Shown here: positions 42,240-45,792 of the stretch, in pieces
Numbering within the stretch: the first letter of the stretch is position 1
Layout of the letters: every line of letters begins with the position of its first letter
IMG/VR virus record: IMGVR_UViG_3300037225_000328
Coordinates: 1-45,792 of that record
From: a virus
Taxonomy: Duplodnaviria; Heunggongvirae; Uroviricota; Caudoviricetes
Length of the DNA: 45,792 nt
Direction: 5' to 3' (one strand)
Made by a program: the position numbers and the translations under genes
Notes under the pieces: generated by a model
Seen by the model: the letters and a program-made list of their open reading frames with translations, nothing else
The model's database searches: none
Told to the model about the DNA's origin: nothing

Positions 42240-43002
42240 ACCATGATGCTTGCCACGGAAATGGATTAGGATTCTTTTCTAATCCACTATCAGCCGCAAT
42301 ATTTTCACAGTACAAGGCATCTAATTCTATAGCAATTACAGGTAAATCCAACTGGCGACATACCCTAAGAGTTGTTCCTGTTCCGCTAAATAAATCTATA
42401 ACTACGTCATCTGCTTTACAACAAAATTTTAAACAACGTTCAACTAATCCTTCATTTAACTGTGTAGGATGCCATTTGCGCCTTTGTTTACTGTTCCCAG
42501 TGACGCGAGGGAAATCAAATACATCTGTTGCAACCTTTCCGCGTTCATCGGCTCTTTTATCTCCGTGTTCTTGTCTCCAAGAAGGAATACGAATCTTATC
42601 AGGATACAGCGGCGCGCTTATTTTCTTTAAACGTAAAAGGGGCCGATAACAGTTTGTTAAATCTGTTTGTCGGTTCTGACCAAAGGTAAACACCTGAACA
42701 CATAATTTTGCCTCCCATATAGGTCTATATTGTAGCAAATCCTGTACCAACTTTCCCATTTGAAGTGCCCACTTTGCATTGTATGAAACCCATATAATAT
42801 TGGCCTTATCTAATGATAATTTAACTATTCGATGTAAAAAAGCAAGATAATTACTATCCGATAAGGTATCTTTGTAACTATTATACTCTAAGCCAATATT
42901 ATCCGGGACATCGGCAAAAATTAAATGCACCGGCTCTAGCACTGGTAGCACATCTTCAACATCACCTTGAATCAATGTAGTAAAACTCATACACTTTTCC
43001 AA
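42229..43002 (-). CDS. beta-class N4/N6 DNA methyltransferase-like
   Basis: FADVPDN (motif IV variant), HPTQ, VIDLFSGTGTT. Confidence 0.8.
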   Translation of the reverse strand: MEKCMSFTTLIQGDVEDVLPVLEPVHLIFADVPDNIGLEYNSYKDTLSDSNYLAFLHRIVKLSLDKANIIWVSYNAKWALQMGKLVQDLLQYRPIWEAKLCVQVFTFGQNRQTDLTNCYRPLLRLKKISAPLYPDKIRIPSWRQEHGDKRADERGKVATDVFDFPRVTGNSKQRRKWHPTQLNEGLVERCLKFCCKADDVVIDLFSGTGTTLRVCRQLDLPVIAIELDALYCENIAADSGLEKNPNPFPWQASWFGY

Positions 43003-44258
43003 TTCTTAACCGCATCTTGCACATTATCTCGATATTTTAATAAGTGCCCCTGTATTTCCGCCATACTAATAGGCGTTTGAATTAGCCGACCAAATACCTC
43101 AGATTCAACATCATTATTTGGAAAGAACCGTGAAAACAATTGTCGGGCTTGATCAGGAGTTGCGGGGCCAATGTCTAAATGAACATCACAACGCCCCGGT
43201 CTAATTAAAGCTGGATCCAACTTATCAATATGATTAGTTGTCATAAATAATAACCGACCTTCATTTGACATTACGCCATCAATAGCATTTAATAATCCTG
43301 AAAATGTCACCGTTTCTCTGTCGTCCTTTTTCTCTCGGTGTTGAAAAACACAATCAATATCCTCAATTAAAAGAATTGCACCTTCAGGAAGATTTAGCAT
43401 TAGCTCTATTAATCGGTCATCAGACAAACCCGAAGCACTTAAATTAAGCACACAAATATCCAAATGAAGTTCAGAAGCCAAAGCCATTACAAGTGAACTT
43501 TTACCATTGCCTGGTGGCCCACAGAGTAAATAACCTCGACGATAAGGAATACCTAAAGTATTATACCATTTTTCAGAATTTCTAAAAGTCTGAACATCAT
43601 TTAATGTTGTTTCGACTAAATTATTTGCCAAAATTACAGAGGTAATTGGCCTCGGAAGTTTACGTGTAACTCGCACCCAATCACCATACATAGGAACAAA
43701 TACGGATATTCTATCGTCAGTTTTTGGATGTGCTAATTCACGAGCCTCTTCTAGTAAATCCATTACAAGTTGTCGATTCCGACTAAAAATTTTGAAATTA
43801 AACGTTTCACGAAATCCTAAAAGCATTGAACCTTGTTTTTCACTGCCATCTTTACGTTCCCGGCGTAAAATGACAAATCGACCCCGATAAAAGAAATAGT
43901 GAGTACCAGGGGCAGGAGATAATCTAATTGTTGGCCGGGCTCGATAGTCAACATCATTTTCAACGGGGCAATTATCAATCCGATCCCGCCGTTTTCGTGA
44001 AGTATAAATTGTCAACAATCGACATCGTTTTTGATAGTTCTGGTATGAAAGCCACTCATCAAGCCATTTGAATGCTTCATCTTTATCAGGAATGTCTAAT
44101 TCAATAACACACCGTCGTTTACACCAATTCCAGATACCACCTGGCAAGTGTCGAAGATAAGCAATTAAAAATCCAACCGCTCCAATAACAGCCCCACCTG
44201 TTAAGAATTGATTGGTTGAAATTTGACTAGAAATAAAATGCCAAGTAGCATTAAACAT
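42987..44258 (-). CDS. BCS1-like AAA ATPase
   Basis: N-terminal TM, PAPG.H, GIPYRRGYLLCGPPGNGKSS, LLIEDID, TTNH..LDPALIRPGRCD. Confidence 0.9.
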   Translation of the reverse strand: MFNATWHFISSQISTNQFLTGGAVIGAVGFLIAYLRHLPGGIWNWCKRRCVIELDIPDKDEAFKWLDEWLSYQNYQKRCRLLTIYTSRKRRDRIDNCPVENDVDYRARPTIRLSPAPGTHYFFYRGRFVILRRERKDGSEKQGSMLLGFRETFNFKIFSRNRQLVMDLLEEARELAHPKTDDRISVFVPMYGDWVRVTRKLPRPITSVILANNLVETTLNDVQTFRNSEKWYNTLGIPYRRGYLLCGPPGNGKSSLVMALASELHLDICVLNLSASGLSDDRLIELMLNLPEGAILLIEDIDCVFQHREKKDDRETVTFSGLLNAIDGVMSNEGRLLFMTTNHIDKLDPALIRPGRCDVHLDIGPATPDQARQLFSRFFPNNDVESEVFGRLIQTPISMAEIQGHLLKYRDNVQDAVKNWKSV

Positions 44259-44469
44259 TCTCGGATACTCTCTTCACAACTAAATGAATCTCGGCTGTAA
44301 ATTCGCCCGGCTGTACATTATCCGTTGGATCTGAATAGTCCATCATTATAGAGACTTCTGGAAAATTAGTTTGTTTAGCACTTAAAGCTAATGAATCCAT
44401 TAAATCAATAAGTTCAGGACCGAGAAGATTGACTTTTTTAATTCTCTCACGAATATTTGCATTAATCAT
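44251..44469 (-). CDS. hypothetical protein
   Basis: coupled ORF. Confidence 0.6.
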   Translation of the reverse strand: MINANIRERIKKVNLLGPELIDLMDSLALSAKQTNFPEVSIMMDYSDPTDNVQPGEFTAEIHLVVKRVSENV

Positions 44470-44951
44470 CTAATTCCCCCAACTGGAGCATTAAAAGCAA
44501 ACGCATCTTCAGCCCGACCACAATATGTGACAAGATCCCGCATAATAGGAGGCTGCGCACGAAAGCCACGATTATTTAGCCAGCGACTTGCATCTTGCGG
44601 TTGGCCAGGGCAACATAAGCTTTCTGGAACCATTATCCGAAGTGTTTTATAATGGGCTTGTAATGCTGCTAATTCAACTGCTTTTAATAGTTGTGTTCCC
44701 GTCCCTTCATTTCGATGCTTAGGTTTTACTGCCAGTCGATAAATTGTAACAGCATCCGAGTCCGTTAAAAGCTGCCAAAACACAAAACTCATTGGGGTTC
44801 CATAATAGGTTCCCACCAACTTATTGATATTTGTATCGGTACACAACCCCCGCCACAAATTAACATCCCACGGGTCTTCAAAACACTTCAAATCAATGTC
44901 TAACAGATAATTTACATCTGTTAATGTTGGCTTTCGTATATTAGTGAGCAT
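44466..44951 (-). CDS. GNAT (RimI-like) acetyltransferase
   Basis: ID..CF..PW, RLAVKP.HRNEGTGTQLL, GF...Y....EDA. Confidence 0.82.
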   Translation of the reverse strand: MLTNIRKPTLTDVNYLLDIDLKCFEDPWDVNLWRGLCTDTNINKLVGTYYGTPMSFVFWQLLTDSDAVTIYRLAVKPKHRNEGTGTQLLKAVELAALQAHYKTLRIMVPESLCCPGQPQDASRWLNNRGFRAQPPIMRDLVTYCGRAEDAFAFNAPVGGIR

Positions 44952-45792
44952 TAGAATAATACCCTCGGAGACATTCGCAAAATATCATCATCTAAAGAAT
45001 AATTAGTTAATGCTTGTTGATCTAAAACAGCACATCGAGCATCACTCTCTTCTCTGGATAGTTCCTTGAAAATATGCCCGCTGTTAATACGATTCCAAGC
45101 ATCATGAATTCGACCCATCAAAATTTGCTGATACATTCGAGAAATTCGAGCCCGATGATTTGCTACTCGGAGTAACGGTTTATTAAGCCCTGGTTTGGGT
45201 TTACCACAAATCTGGTCAATACAAAAAATCACACTTTCATCGCCTACTGGCTCTTTCAAAATCCAACCATAGATACTTAATTGATCACTCCAATCGGTGT
45301 TTGCATCTTCTAAATATCCATAATGAATCTCTACTCCTTTAAACATCACTGGTCTATAATTTTTATGTGGGGCCCCGGCTCCTATAGTTGCTTTAGCGAT
45401 TTCAGGGAGCCAACCATCTCGACATAACCTAAAATTCTTAGCTGGAGAAGTAGCAGATTTGGAACAGAATCCATTACACTTCCAATCCAATATTATGTGA
45501 GCCCCACTTTTATGAATAAATCGGAGGTCAGGTTTACCTAACATAGGCACGCCTTCAATTGTTCCATTGATTGTTGTTTCAAATTGCGACGCTACTTCGC
45601 TCTCCTGGAGCATTATGAGTAGATCATCATAAGCACCTGAGATTTTATATGCCTCAAAAGCATATTTACCATTTTCTAAAGCCCAATCTCTATTATGAGA
45701 TTCAACTTGCGCTTCAAAAAGTGTAGTAAATTCAAATTTAGGATCTGATCCTTTACCAAAAAGAACTTCATGCATTGCTGATTTAATGTATG
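44951..45792 (-). CDS. PD-(D/E)XK (Cas4/RecB-like) nuclease, probably N-terminally truncated by window
   Basis: GKPDL..ILDWK..QL..Y; frame stays open to window end. Confidence 0.7.
   Translation of the reverse strand, partial: YIKSAMHEVLFGKGSDPKFEFTTLFEAQVESHNRDWALENGKYAFEAYKISGAYDDLLIMLQESEVASQFETTINGTIEGVPMLGKPDLRFIHKSGAHIILDWKCNGFCSKSATSPAKNFRLCRDGWLPEIAKATIGAGAPHKNYRPVMFKGVEIHYGYLEDANTDWSDQLSIYGWILKEPVGDESVIFCIDQICGKPKPGLNKPLLRVANHRARISRMYQQILMGRIHDAWNRINSGHIFKELSREESDARCAVLDQQALTNYSLDDDILRMSPRVLF

Noticed and set aside
1-45792. CRISPR array or mini-array (prompted by the Cas4-like nuclease)
   Set aside because: No regularly spaced 25-45 bp direct repeats were seen. The only tandem repeats are coding Pro-repeats in the protease, and stand-alone PD-(D/E)XK nucleases are common in phages.
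1-45792. Plus-strand ORFs in the track
   Set aside because: They lie antisense to well-supported minus-strand genes, lack motifs and promoters, and look like shadows.
1-45792. Stop-codon reassignment
   Set aside because: Recognisable enzymes are full length in code 11; TAA, TGA and TAG all end genes at coupled junctions; no suppressor anticodon was found.
1-45792. Prophage or cellular chromosome interpretation
   Set aside because: No integrase, att site or housekeeping operon; gene density, single orientation and content fit a large lytic phage, though no structural gene here proves it.

Overview
The window looks like a slice of a large (jumbo-type) dsDNA bacteriophage genome. It holds more than 100 short, tightly packed genes, essentially all on the minus strand, with no structural, integrase or core cellular genes. 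Contents: (i) 1-9.5 kb is more GC-rich and promoter-dense (early-like). It carries three Zn-ribbon-repeat amidoligases plus a class II glutamine amidotransferase. (ii) There is a tmRNA (tag AKPQLALAA) and a six-member tRNA array that includes structurally odd tRNAs. (iii) Ten free-standing HNH endonucleases are present. (iv) Two host-like small membrane proteins were missed by the ORF track: a Flp/Tad pilin and a TatA. Both resemble Planctomycetota sequences from my recall, so that is the inferred host. (v) Auxiliary enzymes include Thg1, RNA ligase, deaminase, MT-A70 and beta-class DNA MTases, two IscU/SufU-like proteins, an NDT-like/radical SAM/DeoC trio, a DEDDh exonuclease, a BCS1-like ATPase, a GNAT and a PD-(D/E)XK nuclease. 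(vi) Several tandem paralog families have no known function, most notably seven F(W/Y/F/C)GGPP proteins. The most striking pattern is a leaderless-translation architecture. Fourteen TTGACA/T-(16-17)-TAnnnT promoters sit exactly 6 nt before an ATG. All three tRNA/tmRNA genes directly followed by a protein gene end N73-C-T-ATG, suggesting tRNA-punctuation release of near-leaderless mRNAs. All assignments come from motif recognition by eye; no database search or folding program was run.
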